DNA of 62,000 bases, from contig NW_008806285.1 of the NCBI RefSeq assembly GCF_000400465.1, positions 20,001-82,000 of the forward strand, in the 5' to 3' direction. This stretch comes from Wallemia ichthyophaga EXF-994 (lineage: Eukaryota > Fungi > Basidiomycota). The translations under genes were made by a program, and so were the position numbers. Below the pieces are notes generated by a model, which was not told the DNA's origin, did not search any database, and was given only the letters and a program-made list of their open reading frames with translations. This document shows, piece after piece, positions 23,306-37,895 of this stretch. Numbering within the stretch: position 1 is the stretch's first letter; the number at the start of each line of letters is the position of its first letter.

Positions 23306-26300
23306 ATGGAAATAGCAGTTGGGATTGCGGTACATGACTTTGAGCCTTCAGAACGAGATCCATCGATACTTAGCTTCAGTAAGAATGATATCGTGCACAT
23401 ACTCAATAAGGATGCTTCCGGTTGGTGGGATTGCCAAGTCAACGGTATTAGAGGCTGGCTGCCTATGAATTACGTGACAGAGGATATCGTACGTGCTTAT
23501 ATCCCCTCTCCACTTTATACTCACATTGATACCACAGGACGCTTTCTACGGCAACAGCGAAGATGATCTCGAGACTCGTGATGCTGACAAGAAGGATCAT
23601 CTCAAAATCTCAGACGATAATCTCAACGACGACTTTCCCCACGACGATCTTAATCCGCAGTCACAGCCCAAGGATTCTCCAATTGCAGCCGTGCGGAATG
23701 CTTTGACTTTGGTGAAATCTGCTGTTATATCTAGTCACCTGTCACACCTTCAGCCAGCTACAGCTTGTGTTATATCCTCGGTTAGATCCCTTCTCGCATC
23801 CGCAGACGCTTTGAACAAGGACTCGCATAGCAACAAGATTAGCGCGTCTATCGCAGAAAACAGACGAAATCTACTGTCTCTGCTATCCAGGTTCGTCGTT
23901 CAAAGCAGATTGGTTATGAAAGAAGCTTTGCAAACCTCCAATAAGGTTTTGCTAAGCGAGGATCTCGAGGAGGTTATTCCGATGGCCGATCAAGTTTTCG
24001 TCTTGGCTGAGAATTTCGCAAATCTCTGCAAGTCGCATGGTATTAGTCTAGGCGAAGATTTCACCCCTTATTCTTCTCCGCATACATCTCAATTGCCTCA
24101 TCATGAAACCAAGTGTCAAACTGAAAACGACATCCAAATTTCAGCTATACAAAGACAATCATCTGGAATATCCAGAATGACTTCCTTTGACTCTTTCAAG
24201 AGCTCCGCAGCTCAATCCGGCGCCTCTTCAGCCGTATCTCTCGTTTTCAATACCCGTGATGCGGGTGATTATTTGACCGAGGATAATATCAAACATGAAT
24301 CCTCCGCGGATCAAACTTTTGACAAACTTCTTTACGTTATCAATGAGGCTCTCAAGTCAACTATCGCAGCAACCCTCGGACATTTACACGCCATGCCCAG
24401 TCAAAATCATGCGTCATCTAGTATCCATTTGATCGACCTACTCAAGGAGACGATAGCAATAGTAAAGCGTCTTCTGACGGTTTTACAATCAATTCAACAG
24501 AATGGTCCGCTGAATACCATCGTTCCTAGGGACGGTTCTATGTTGGATGAAACAATTAGAGACACATACCTTTCCACTGATGATTTGGTAGCAGCAGCGG
24601 AGTCTTTACTATTTAATCAACCTCAAACGACATTGATAGATAGTACGCACGAGTCAAAGAGACACCACTTACTCTCGTGTATAATGCAAATTTACAAGAT
24701 AACAACGGAAGCGTATGAGATATCTTCGAGAATGATTGAGTACGCATCAAGGGCATCTATACCATTAAAATTGAACGTAAACATGCCAAACCGCACATCT
24801 AAGACTAGTCTACAAGACATAACAAATAATGATTTCAACAAGACGTTATCACAGCAAGACACGCTGCCACAAACAGTTACAGAAGCTAGTCAAAAAGAGC
24901 TTAAGAGACGGCACAGAAGACAACAGACGTTGTCAATGTTTGATAGAAGGACTGCCAGTCTTACGAATCTCCAAGATCAATTCCAATATGACAACAGTGG
25001 CAAGGAAGAGGGTAAAGAAATATTAACGACACCCACACTCCAAGATACCTTCGATCATGATAATGAAAATGACCGACCAGAGAGCAGTGCATCACATGAT
25101 ACGACTATCTGCGCACCATATATCACTTTCACAAGTACAGAAAATATTGGCACACCAACACAGGTTGAGAACATGAAGAATATATCTCCAACTTCAGGCA
25201 CATTCACAGAACAAAGCTCATCACCACAGTGGAATAATTGGGGAAATTCAAATGTGCTGAATTTGCCCACAGGCAGTCCAGAAGCGAGCAAATCATCCAC
25301 AACGCCCGAATCGCCTGTCGGTATTGCATTACCGTTGAGCACTCCGGACGTTGCAAAGGGACATGCCGTTGGTGGCAAGATGCCTAGTTTATCAAACGCA
25401 CCTGGTAGTTTTGATTTATCCGCTCTCAGACCTAGACCGCGAGCTAGAGCTGCGACTGTTGGGACAGCCGATATTAGTCAAAATCGCTATGATGAGAAGG
25501 AAAATTCTGCAGATTCGCCAGCATTGAAGTTGTCGTTCAGTGGTACGAATCCAAGTATTAGTAATACACAAAGAGATGATCTATCGGCAGCTTCGTTGAC
25601 ATCAGGATCTGAAGCCAACGGATCTATCGCGTCGACGAGAAGCAACACGGACGATGGTTTTGGTAAGGCTGGCACGTCTACACCCGCTACTGTTCACAGC
25701 TGGGTTTTGGATGAAAAAGGCTCGATTCGCGACAAGCCCAAGTTTGATATCGGTATTGAGACGGACAGTGACGGTGAAGATGTTGATAACTTGCCTCCAT
25801 TGCCGCTAAAGCAATACAGCGGGCGTCAACGCCAGAGAGCACTCACGACATCAGCGGCTCAGCCTTCCTCGCATCGTGGTTTGCAATCGACCGTCAACTT
25901 TGGGAAATATGATATAGTCAGAGGCGGTATGAATAACAAAATCATGGGCGCAACATTACCATCACTCGTGGCAACACTCACACCACACGATGTGACGCTC
26001 GACATCAATATTTTAGAAACATTCATGATGACATTTAGGCTATTTACGACACCGATCCAATTCGCAATTGAGCTTAAAAGTCGATTCGAAAATGCCGATG
26101 ATATTGAAAATAACAGTATCAGCAATACGATCAGACTGGGAGTGTATAATCTAGCCAAATTGTGGCTTGAAGTACATTGGGTCGATCGAGAAGACTACAA
26201 TGCACTTGAGACTATAGAGGATTTGGGTGTGAATTCCAACACTATGAACACATATACCGCATCGACTGATGTCTTATTGAATCTCATTGATAGACGTCGC

Positions 26301-27566
26301 TTCGAGCATGAGCATCCAGAGTCGATGAATCACAACAACAGCTCGTACAATTCAATAAGCAATAAGACAAAGTCTAAAAGACATGATGGACAGCATTCGC
26401 TCAAGATGTTTAAGAATCTGCAATTTTCAGAGACTAGCTCGGTTATGATGAACAGATATAGCAGGAGTTCAATAGGTAGTTCGATGGATCAGATACCAGT
26501 ACCACAAATCGGCAAGACACTTTTAAATCACTTAAAGTCGCCTCAAGGGTTGACGTCAGCTCCACTACCTACGGACTTCGAGCCAATTGAAATGGCGAGG
26601 CAGTTGACAATAATGGAGAGCAGGTTGTATCAGTGCGTTACTGTCTCAGAATTACTTAGTGTCAATGAAGGCGGAAGCAATAAAAAAGGCGTAGATGCGA
26701 ATGACGTCAGACCGGCTCTAAAGGCTATGAGTGAATTCACCACCCGCGTTACAGCTTGGGTGAGCGAATCCATCCTTAGAGAGGGCGAAGCTAGAAAAAG
26801 AGTACCTCCGATCAAGTTTTGGATCAAGGTGTGCAAGGTGGGTAGGATAAAATTTGTCGAGCTGTCTGACACGATTACCAGCATTCACTTTCGCTGAACA
26901 ACTACGGACTACTTATTGCGATTGTTTGTGGCTTGACGACATCGACAATCAGTAGACTCAAGCGGACTTGGGAGGTGTGTGAGAGTGTTACAGAAATAGC
27001 ACATGCTAATATCATCATTTAGCTCGTACCCGTAAAACATCGCAATCTGCTAAACAACCTCAACACAATGGCTGCATGTGATAGGAACTATGCAGTATAC
27101 AGAGCCAAATTACGTTCAGCTCAATTACCCGCATTACCATATGTCGGGCTGTTCCTGTCAGATCTTACATTTGTGCACGTTGGTAACAAACCAACGAGAC
27201 CATCATCGATAGATGGCAGAAGACAGGTGATCAATTTTGACAAGTATGAGAAGCTCAAGAACATTATTCAAGGTGTGTTGAATAATATACCAAGTATCAG
27301 TATTAACCAGATTATTAGATTTTATGAGATTTCAAGAGCCTTTCAGGTTGACAGAAGTGCCCGAGTTCCAAACATACCTGCATAGAGCATTGACACATGT
27401 GGAAGCCAGCAACGAATCAGCACAAGATTTGTATAATAGAAGCTGTGTGCTTGAACCAAAGAACTCGAGCGTGTCAATGCAGAAAGTGAAGAGCAATACA
27501 TCGATAGATTCTCTGAGACATTCAGTAGATCGCAGGGAGTTATTTGGATGGACAAAAAGACATTAA
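23306..27566 (+). CDS. CDC25: Cdc25-type Ras guanine nucleotide exchange factor (SH3 + REM + RasGEF)
   Basis: N-terminal SH3 (AVHDFEP...LSFSKNDIVHILNKDASGWW...GWLPMNYV), REM (ATLPSLVATLT...FMMTFRLFTTP), RasGEF (EMARQLTIME, LPYVGLFLSDLTFVHVGN, INFDKY). Confidence 0.9.
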
Positions 27567-27921
27567 AAAAGACATACAGTAACGACACAATTTAGAAAGG
27601 AGACATTGGAATACGATATAAATATTCCTGTACAATGACAATGCAAATGTATAATTAAATATTGAATGAAATGATTAAGAATGTGATTGATAATAAAGCT
27701 GATAAATTGTTAATAAGCATTTAAAAGTTTGTAGAATATTCGCCATCGCCATGTTTCGCCTGATCATTTTAGGAATAACAAATTGCCACAACTGAACCCA
27801 TAATTGAGGCGGTTGCTTTGGTTATCCAAGAGCCGCCACGATTTTTAGAAATTTATTTAGAGCGTCTAGAGTAGCTTTATCCTCAATACCAACATTCAAT
27901 TTTACAGCCACAACGAATATT

Positions 27922-28957
27922 ATGTCAGAGAGAGTACACAACAGAGTAGTGAGTTGTGTAGATGATAGTCACAGCAAATAGCTCATACATGCCATAGGTT
28001 ATCATTGGATCAGGTCCAGCTGGTCACACAGCAGCAGTTTACCTCGCTAGAGCAGAAATGTCACCTGTCATGTTCGAAGGAATGCTTGCGAACGGTGTGG
28101 CTCCAGGTGGTCAACTCACAACGACAACCGATGTCGAGAACTATCCAGGTTTCCCAGACGGTATTAGAGGTCCTGAGATGATGGACAAGTTTAGAGCCCA
28201 GTCTGAGAGATTCGGTACTCAGATCCACACTGAGACCATCTCCAAAGTTGATTTATCCAACAGACCTTTCAAATATTGGAGAGAGGGTTATGAGGAAGAT
28301 GGAGAAGCGTTTGAGTTGGCTGACTCTCTCATTTTAGCCACAGGTGCATCTGCCAAGCGTTTGTTCATACCTGGTGAAGAAACATATTGGCAGTCAGGTA
28401 TTTCTGCATGTGCAGTTTGCGATGGTGCAGCACCAATTTTCAGAAACAAATCTTTGGCAGTCATTGGTGGTGGTGACTCCGCAGCAGAAGAAGCTACATA
28501 CCTCACCAAATACGCTTCACATGTTCACGTCTTAGTACGCAAGTCTGAATTAAGAGCTTCAAAGATCATGGCTGCAAGATTACTCAAGCATCCTAAGGTT
28601 ACGGTTCACTGGAACACAGTCGCAACTGAAGCACTTGGTGATGGCGATTTATTGCAAGGTCTCGGCCTCAAAAACACTCAATCTGGTGAAACTAGCAAGT
28701 TGGACGTGAATGGTCTGTTCTACGCTATCGGTCACGAACCTGCCACCGAACTTGTTAGATCTCAAGTAGATACTGATAACGACGGATATGTTAAGACTGT
28801 GCCAGGTACCACCCAAACTAACATCAAGGGTATCTTCGCTGCCGGTGACGTTCAAGATAAAAAATACAGACAGGCTGTCACATCAGCTGGTTCAGGTTGT
28901 ATGGCAGCTTTGGAGTGTGAAAGACTTCTTGCAGAGGAAGAAGTTGAGGAATCATAA
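27922..28957 (+). CDS. TRR1: Thioredoxin reductase (low-MW type)
   Basis: MSERVHNRV|[30 protein letters not shown], redox [21 protein letters not shown]. Confidence 0.97.
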
Positions 28958-29305
28958 AAATCATTATAGAACTCTTCTTCATATATTAATATCTAGTTCA
29001 TTCATGCTTTATGTAAATGAAAATTGATCAAAATGTTCAAGTAATTTGTTATCAATGTTTATGTATGATCGTGTATACAAGCAAGTGAGGAGTAATGTAT
29101 CCAAGTGTCCGTTTGGGTATTGCTGTGACACTGAATATACGTATATTGATTGAATGATTGTCAAGAATGACTTTAAATTTGATATTTTTTGGTATGCTCT
29201 TCTTTTAAAATGAATGAAATGAGACTGAATCGAGTGAATTTAATTGAATGACCACCTTGTTTGGTATCCGCTATTTGTTTGAAAATGCAATAATTTTGTT
29301 ATCTC

Positions 29306-31193
29306 TTAAGCACCGAAGCTTTGACCTACACCGACACTCTCACTCAAGTTGGATTCACCGACGTATGTAAAACCTTGGAATTGTCCTTGTACAGTTTGTG
29401 ATAAATGGCTGTCCTCAACTACACTATCTTGAGGTGCTTCAGATGTGAATTCTTCATCAAAGTTGCTGGTATCAATTGCAGATGCAACAGCAGGCTTGAA
29501 TGGTGGCTGAATTTTCTTTGATGACAATCTCTTCCATTCAATATTGTTAACGAAGAATGGATGATCTTTGATTTCTTGGGCACCATTGTATCCTAATCTA
29601 GCAGATGGGTTACGATGTAACAATCTCGACAAAATATCTTTCGCATCTGGACTAAACTCGTCACCAAATCTGAGTGGATCTTGAAGAATCTTTCTATACA
29701 TTTCGTTGGTATTTTCATCGTAAAATGGTGGTAGACCTGACAACATTTCATAAAGCAAAACGCCGAGTGTCCACCAATCAACTGATTTAGTATATCCCTT
29801 ATTCAAAAGTAATTCCGGAGCGAGGTATTCAGGTGTACCGCAGAAGGTGTTAGTTGTCTCGTTTTCTGTCATGTTCAATTTACACAGACCAAAATCACAC
29901 AACGCGATGTGTCCTGTGTAATCCAACAAGATATTTTCGGGTTTGAGATCTCTGTAGACGACATTGAAGCCGTGCAAGTGCTCCAGTGCCAACAACAATT
30001 CAGCTGTATAGAATCTCGACCTAGCCTCGTTGAATCGGCCTTCACGTTGCAAATGGTGGAACAGTTCGCCACCGTTGACAAATGCAAGAACGAGATAAAG
30101 CTTTTCAGTTGATTGGAAACTGAATTTCAAAGGTACGATAAATGGGTTATTGACTTGAGCGAGAACAGTTCTTTCTGCTAGAGTGTGTGTAACTTCGGAT
30201 CGATTGACAATATGTGCTTTGCGGATCGTTTTCAATGCATATATACGCGAAGTGTCTCTCTTTCTTACTTGCATCACTTTGCCGAATGATCCTTTACCGA
30301 TAACCTTGAGTAGATCGAAGTCCTCGATTGTCAGTGATGAGGCTCTTGCTTGGAATGAGACTTGAATAAGCATGTGACCAGAGCCACCTGCCACAGGATA
30401 CCAAGATTCTGTTGCGCGCTTGAGTAGAGTTAGAAAGGTGACTACTGTAATAAATTACCTACGTTTGACTCAAAATCTGGAATGAATTTAACAGCACCCA
30501 AAAAGAGATCAGAGTTGCCCATATCATTTAATCCAGTGGCATTTTGACCAGGTAGATTGCTTGATCCGGTTCTTAGGTAGGTAGATATAGCTATCTCGCT
30601 AGCTCTCGAAACATCACTTGAGATTTATGTAAACAACGAGCATATCTGCTGATAGGATACTCACAAATGAGCCTTGTACATCCAAACAGGCTGGTCGAGT
30701 CTACCACCGAGCGCATCAACAAGAATTTCATTCTTATCGAATTCCATAACGATATAAGGGAGCCACCAGCACTGTTTGCGTTGCATGCTGTCCCTGTTGT
30801 TGGAGCTGTAAGAGGACTGACGTGCGTGGTTGACAGATGTGGAGGTGACGCTTGCGGCAGCAGCAGCAGCCTGTGTGGCTAAAGCTTTCTCAATTTGTTG
30901 CGGAAGTGACTGACCCGGCAATTCCAAATCGCGGGCTTCGACGACTCTGATGGTAAGGACACCTGAACGATGAATAGGAGCGCCAGAAGCGGTAGAAACG
31001 GAGGTACCGTTAGTGGAAGGAGAAGAGGAGATTACAGGGGAAGCTGTGGAAGTCTGTCTAGATTGAGTGGATAGATTTGAGGAAGATGACTTTGAGCTGA
31101 GTGGGTTAGCTTCTTTGAGTTCTTTCAAGTGTTAGCTGATTGTATAATAACATATGGTGACGCACTTCTGCCTAATTTCCATGTACTTGACAT
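29306..31193 (-). CDS. YPK1: AGC kinase Ypk1/Gad8 with C2-like domain
   Basis: Spliced start MSSTWKLGR|KLKEAN; LPYIVMEFDKNEILVDALGG; GKGSFGKV, YRDLKPEN, TNTFCGTPEY, turn motif DTSNFD, hydrophobic motif FQGFTY. Confidence 0.95.
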
Positions 31194-31512
31194 AGCGTCT
31201 TAATGTTTGAATCAAAGGAATATTCATCTCGAGGTTTGTAAAAACTAAAGCTGAAAATTGATTTTATTGTTGCAATATATTGTAGAATGCTTGAAATATA
31301 GAAATCGTATTCCATTTAGCGTAAATTTCATTTCCACTCGCTTACACCTTCGATTACGTTGGGTACCTCAGGGACAATATTCTAAATACTTCCTGATATA
31401 CCCATCTAGCACGCTCGTTTATAATTATGGTCTCGGTTTTCCATTCCTTTAGGCCTTCCTTCCGTGAAGACAAATGCAACACAGCCAATAACCCACCCAG
31501 TACAAAGCCTTC

Positions 31513-32717
31513 ATGACATTACCAAATCACAATGAGACCTTAGGTGTATGTTCAAGACTAGCTGATGAGCTTGTGAATTCAATTATCGGTTTTGATTTCA
31601 ATACCGACGACTTGACAATATCACAGAATCAATTACCCCAGGAACTTGACATTAGACTGTCCAGCGCACCAAATACAACAACCACGCGTAGAATTTTCAC
31701 TCCATTAAAGAGTACACGTCGGAGGAAGACACCAAGCTCACTCAAACGTTATGATCGCGGGTGGTGTGCGTACTGGAAAGGCAAGTCTGTTTAAATTAAA
31801 CCTAGACACTTTTTATCTCAATCAAGCTGCTAGTATCACTCAGCGCACCGAGGTCACATCTCATTCACTCTGAAACATCAACCCCAACATCTATTCTATT
31901 CGATCAATTTGGACGACGGGGAGAATTCGTTTGAACTTATGATACTAAGTTTGAATGACACAACTGAATTAGATTATGGTGTTGATGGAAATGCTAGTAA
32001 GGATGTTGACACAATACTAAAACATGCCGTACATCTCTACACTCAAATACTATATCAAGAGTTGAGAGATTTCAGCTGTAATAGCACGAAATCGCTTGAC
32101 ATGCACATTCATGTTTGTAGCTAGATGATTGAACCAGCCAAGTTGCTTACTGCCAGTAATGGTTTATTGGCGCTACAGCAGCATGTATTACCAATTATGT
32201 TACGCCTAGCTACATGTATAAATGTCTTACCTGTCACTGCACGCGCTGACAGTCTCACCGATCGTCAGAGATACTTGGATTCAGCGAGAGAATATCTACA
32301 CCAGAATCTAATACTCATAGAATGATTTCCATTTAGAGAATTTCAATATAGTCAACCGAGTTGATCAAGATTCGTCAAAGTCACTTCGTCCACTCCATCT
32401 GTACCTTACGACGATACTTCGACTTCAGTTCACCTCGATCCAGCTCCATACGTTATTGTTATACCAGAACCATTCGAGAGACCATTGAAAACTAGGAAGT
32501 ACAGATGGGGAACTGTGAATGTTTTTGATGATGAACAAACAGATTTCAACGCTTTGCATAATGTTTTATTTGGCGCTAATTCGGATGTTAGAGGCTTTAA
32601 CTTGAATATTACAACTAACAAGAATAACCGCAGTCTCTGAGAGCGCGCATTAGAGAAACACTTTCCGAAAGTTTCAGAAAGGAAACTCTCACAGATATTC
32701 AGCAAAAGAAAAGATAA
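31513..32717 (+). pseudogene. Divergent septin-like GTPase with in-frame stops and frame breaks
   Basis: Ordered septin motifs: RRRKTPSSL, then (+1 frame) NVMIAGGVRTGKASLFKLNLDTF (G1), LSLNDTTELDY (G3-like), HIHVCS-TAG-MIEP, INVLPVTARADSLT (G4), RKYRWGTVNVFDDEQTDFNALHNVLFG, and after intron 32587-32633 SLRARIRETLSESFRKETL. Stops: TAG 32122, TGA 32323, TGA 32362. Confidence 0.72.
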
Positions 32718-32921
32718 ACATTTATCAAATACAACTAATCAATTGGGACAAAATCAATTACTATCATTTCTATGTTGTAAACAGACTTGTTAGCCAAAAA
32801 TATCGGAAAAGTTTTCGAAGGTATGTATTTCCTACTGTTTTTCTTTTTTTTTTCTTATCGATGCATAATTTTGTTTATCAACATTAAAATACATGTAATG
32901 TAATTATAATAAATAAAGTTA

Positions 32922-35900
32922 TTACCACGACAACTTCTTATCAAACCCTTGCAAAATTTGATCTAAACCGTCTAACTCCTCAGTATCAATCTCATTCTGT
33001 GCTTTTTTATACAGCAGCCCGCAATCAAGATTGACACAAGGCACGTCTTGAGAGGGAAGCGTATGAGCGCATGATGCGCAAATTGTATGAAAATCTCTCA
33101 TCTTCGATTGAGTTCTATAGTTCCTACTAAGCAGCTTGTATACAGTATCACTGATATTTGAATCCGCTCTACAACTACTACAAATTGCTTCTTTTGAGGC
33201 TTCACCGCATGTTTCACACGTTCCACTTCGAACGTAATTGCCAATCACACCACCTCTCCGTGTATGTGTAAATGGTTTCCTAGCCTCCGCTTTGAATTTT
33301 CTAGACATTGTCGCATACCATGAGTGTACATCAGCGCCCATAAGGTTAAATATCCTCTCTAATGGTGGAATGAGCACTCTCTCTATGTAGTACTTCGCAT
33401 CTATTCGCAAATTGCCATTTCTAAGTATTTCCTCGGGTTTTACTGCTCTGTCTACTTGTCGATCAGAGCTGCCTTCAGTGATTACATAAGGTACTCTTTC
33501 ACCGTAATGAGCTGCTGCTCGTGGATCATCCGTCAGCGCTTTCGTTGCTACCATTACTCCAGGTATTGGAACGACATTGTTGGAGTATGTCCCTAGTCTT
33601 ACTTCCTTGGCAAATGTAAAGTCCTGAATAGAGACTCGGCCTTGGATGACCTTGTTGAATTGTCTCACGCAGTATTCCTTTACTTGTGATAGGTCTGATG
33701 TTTTATATAATACTCTGAGTGACGAGTGTTAGATATTCTCATGATCAATAATGCCACCCACTTTAAAGCTGCTTCCACCATCTTTGCCTGAGCAGGTACG
33801 CCATCTCGACGAACAGTCTCGATACCTTTGGCTTCAAATACGCCCACTGTATCTGACGATCGCTCAAACATGTTCCCAGTGTACCGCTTCTTTGCTAATA
33901 GGACTGACGGCAAATACATCTGGAACAGGTTTAGCAAACAACATGTTTAAACAACATGCTCACCTTCTCTAACTTTAACTTTATAGGTCGTGGATTAGAC
34001 TTTGTGACAGCCTCAGCAATAGCTGCGCCAGTTTCGAATGCCTCTTTCTGAGATTTACCTTTGAGTCTGACAAAGAGTGAATCAGTGTCGCCATAGACGA
34101 CATCAGCACCCCATTCCTCATTTCTTTCAATAAATTGAATAGCCTAAAACAATAACGTTATTTAAGCAGTAATGAAGCATCAACCGCCTACCCTTTCTAA
34201 TGTCTCCCTCCCAGTTTGGACAATCGAATCAGCTAGCTCTACACTTGGCATTCGACCACTATAACTGGCCGACGTATATCCGTATGTGACATTTGCCATG
34301 AGCTTAAGAGAGAGCTGCCTGGCATGTTGCAATTTCTTGAGATACTTTGGAAATAGTTAGGACTACTGATCATAACAACCGACGACCTACCTTGTCATCT
34401 CTGTTCTCTTGCATAGATTCTTTGATCATGATGCGCGTATCCAACAGTTCCGCCAGCATTTTTGATAGAAGTGACTTGCGCACGTGTGGCTTGACATACA
34501 TCAGCCCATTAGGTGCGACTGCTAGGTTGTTAGATAACAGTATTTCCAATGTTTCACTCACAATTTATATCATTTTTGAGGGCATCGAGTATTTTTGATG
34601 ACTCAGCATGATCGATGATCCCAAATTTATACTTGCTGTCATAAGGTTTCACACGTCCCAGGCAAGTTGAATAGCAGTAATTGTACGCAAGAATAATGGA
34701 AGGATATAAAGACTGAAAGTCAAGCACTATGACAGGATCTTTGTAGAACGCAGACTGGGGTTCCATGACCAAGGGCAAAGCTTCAGCAGCTTGTTGACTG
34801 CCCACTTGGTTTCTGGACGGCGAAATCAACACGTAGTTTTCGGGCTTAGCGATCCGGAACATTAATGCTTCGACTTTGAATTGCGAGCCACGCGATATGA
34901 CACTATAGAAATCTACACCGATCGTGCGAGCAAATTCACTGCTTTTATTAGGTATAGGACTGGTAGAAAGGGAGTCTACTCACGCTGTTTTTGTAATTAT
35001 CTCCATTGAGTCGAGTATATCACCAATTAATTTGACCCTTGATGTAAAGACATCTAGTACTCTAGCGAAGGAAGATGCATTTCCAGAAACCCACCACTGG
35101 CTCAGAGTTACTGGTTCATACTTTGGGACTCTGAATTGTGTAAGCTGGATATTAAAGTAAACCTTTCACCCACCTTCGCTTTAATAGACTATGAGTAACG
35201 TGCTCGAATGTCGTCTGTGGCAAACTCAATTCAGAGCGCGCCAGTCTCCAGACGTTAAAAACATGTCTACCTGGTGAGGTGAAGGTACTGGTTTTCATCT
35301 CAGCCCATCGTTCACCCCCATTAATATTCCGCATCGTCCTAGATTTGATTCTAGACGTCTCCTCACTCAATTCTAATCCAATTTCTATGCGTGTCCGCTC
35401 GACTAGGTATCCCCACGACCCCAGCTCCGTATCCCAGCCTGCGAGGATATCAGGATCAAAATGCTGCACTTTATCTATAAGGGTGAATATTAAATCCGCT
35501 TCGTTGATAGCAATTTCCATATCGTATCCGTCTAATTTGTATTTGGTTTCGCCTTCAACGACTATCATACCCCTTTCTACATCCTCATTCATGTCGTGGT
35601 AGGAAAAAAAAACAGCCTCGACTGGATTATACTCAGGATTAGACACTTTCGTGTTGTTGCTCCTCGCGAAAACCTCGACAACCATCATCGTAAGTTGGGT
35701 TTGAACGTCGTGCTCTCGCGGCTCATACTTTTTTCCTCCACTGGCCGTCGATGCATCTAAACCGTAAACTTGTCCCGAAGGCGGTCCTTCAATCTGCAGC
35801 AACGTTAGCTGGCAAAAGCAATGTATTAGTAACCAACCTGAGTATGAAAAACCTTCTGAGAACTGGCTTTCTTGCTTTTGTAATCAGCTACCACGCTGCG

Positions 35901-37895
35901 CTTTGAGGGAGGCAATGGGGCATACTCAAAATATCTAGCTCCTCTCGTCGAGTAAGTATCGCAGCTCCCATCCCAGCTTGGTATGACGTCGCCTTTCAGT
36001 ACAAACACCCTTCCTGCGTATTCTCGGGGTCTTTCAGGAACGTCTGATGCATTAGAATAGTAAGGATCGCGATAAATCTTCGTTGGGGCTCTCTGTTCTT
36101 TTAGGGACTGCAAAGCTTCTTCGATGGTAGGTGGTGGAATGCTGTATTTGTAAATACTCTTATCCTGGTTTATTCGTGGTGCTTGTGACTTTCGCGGTGT
36201 AGTTACACTATTCTGCGATGAGCTTAGCAGCTTTCGCGGTGTTGCCTCTTCGATCTTTGTGTGAATCATACCGATTGTAAGACCTGGTGTAACTTGGCGC
36301 TGAGATAGGTTGGCTAGAATCTCCTCATATTCTTGTGAGGCGAGCAAATCGCTGCTGTTTGATCGACTTCTTTTTCTCTGTGGCTGTTCGCTCTCCTGGC
36401 TATCTGGAACGACTTCCAGAGTTGGTTCACGTTTCAATGGTGTCTCTGAAGATTTATACATTGAGTCCATTAGTGAAAGCTGCTTCATTGATCCTTTACT
36501 ATCGCTTAGCATTGTGCTTTCTCGGCCGCTCAAAGCCCTCCCTGGAAATTCATGAAGACCAGTATTTTGAGCAAAGCTATCAAATGGGTTGTTGTCGATA
36601 TCCATATTCATTACGTTTGACTTTTGAGTAGCCAGCTGTTGACTGACGATCGGCTCTATATCCTTGTTGGGTTGAGATGATGAAATATCTAAGTACTGAC
36701 TGCTATCCTCATTCCGGAGCTCCTTTCGTCGTTCTGAAGGATGGAAGAGAGCCTCAGTACTCTCGAACACAGTCATCAAGTGGTGCTCCTCAGTAAAAGG
36801 TGGCGCAAAATCTGCGCCGTTATTGGTATCTGAAATCCTATCAAAAAATGAGTCTAAGATATCGTCTAGATTGTCCCACAAAGGAAAAGTGGCAGAATCA
36901 TTGCGACCTCCTTTAACACTCCCCTGAATCTGGATTGATGATGGTAAACCCTTGGCTTCACGTCTTTTCTCTTCGTTTAACCATAATTCTCTAAGAGAAG
37001 GTAGAAGCTTTTCGTCAGGAACCAGCTCTTCGTAAGGAGCGTTGTGTATGTAACGTGGTGCTATCCTATACCTATTTTCAATCCAGGAAGCACGAACGTC
37101 AAACTCAAGCACGCAATTGGTGTCTCTTGGAATGTTGTGTGTGTCTTTCTCGTCTATTGTTGATGCATTGATAACATTCTCTGCTACAACTTGATCGCTA
37201 TGCCAGTCATACACGGTAGGCTCTGTGATTATGAGAACAGTGCAAGGAATGTAAAATAAACACACACCTGGTAAAGGGTACCTGTACTTAGCTTGGGATA
37301 ACTCAAGCCAATCGCATCCGTAGAGGTTGAAATCGGTAAAGAACTGAAGCAGATAAGGAGAATGTGATTCAAAAGGCTGAAAAGTGGAATTCATTAGCTG
37401 ACCGGACTCCATCAACTGCACCAGTCTGGGAATATGCTTGGGATCATTCATCATTATCTTTAGAAACGGACGTGTTCCGACATTGTAGCCATAAAAAGGG
37501 GTACCTTTGCAAATAACAATAGCACGGACGAATTGTGTGGTAGACAGCTTGTCACTCATGTTTCTCCGCAGGCTAAAAGCGAGAGACTGATTGATAGACA
37601 AGCCTAATTGGTGAACATAGTCGCGCACTGAGGAGATGATCAGAGATGACGATCATAAAGGGTGATAAGAGCGCGTACCTTTTTCAGGGGTGACGCTATG
37701 CTTGTACTCTATGTAGAAATAAGGGTAGATGCCGTGTACGTGAGCGCAGGCCATTTGGCCCGTATCAAGCCTGCCGAAAACGCGTATAACGGGAACGGTG
37801 GCCAGTGGGAATGGAGAGAAATTACTGACATTATCATCAAAATAAGAAATTGGTTTAAATAAATTAAAATCTAAGTTGGAAATTCGTATTTTCAT
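32922..37895 (-). CDS. REV3: DNA polymerase zeta catalytic subunit, multi-exon
   Basis: [72 protein letters not shown]-terminal Cys clusters (CETC..C..C; CASC..CVNLDC). Confidence 0.94.

Noticed and set aside
22774-23442. Minus-strand ORFs of 78-120 aa between TES1 and CDC25
   Set aside because: No domain, mostly promoter region or antisense to the SH3 exon; the FNRFNRFNR text simply reflects the 9-bp repeat.
24800-25900. Long Ser/Thr-rich insert in CDC25 as a novel domain
   Set aside because: Low-complexity disordered linkers between the SH3 and REM domains are typical of fungal Cdc25 proteins.
31781-31833. GC-AG intron that would make the septin-like gene intact
   Set aside because: It repairs one frame break but removes the conserved post-P-loop helix (ASLFKLNLDT) and leaves the upstream frameshift and three stops.
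32122-32364. A-to-I editing or an alternative genetic code as a general explanation for in-frame stops
   Set aside because: All the conserved genes use TAA/TAG/TGA as normal terminators and contain no internal stops outside introns; the septin relic also needs frameshift correction. Kept only as a minor alternative.
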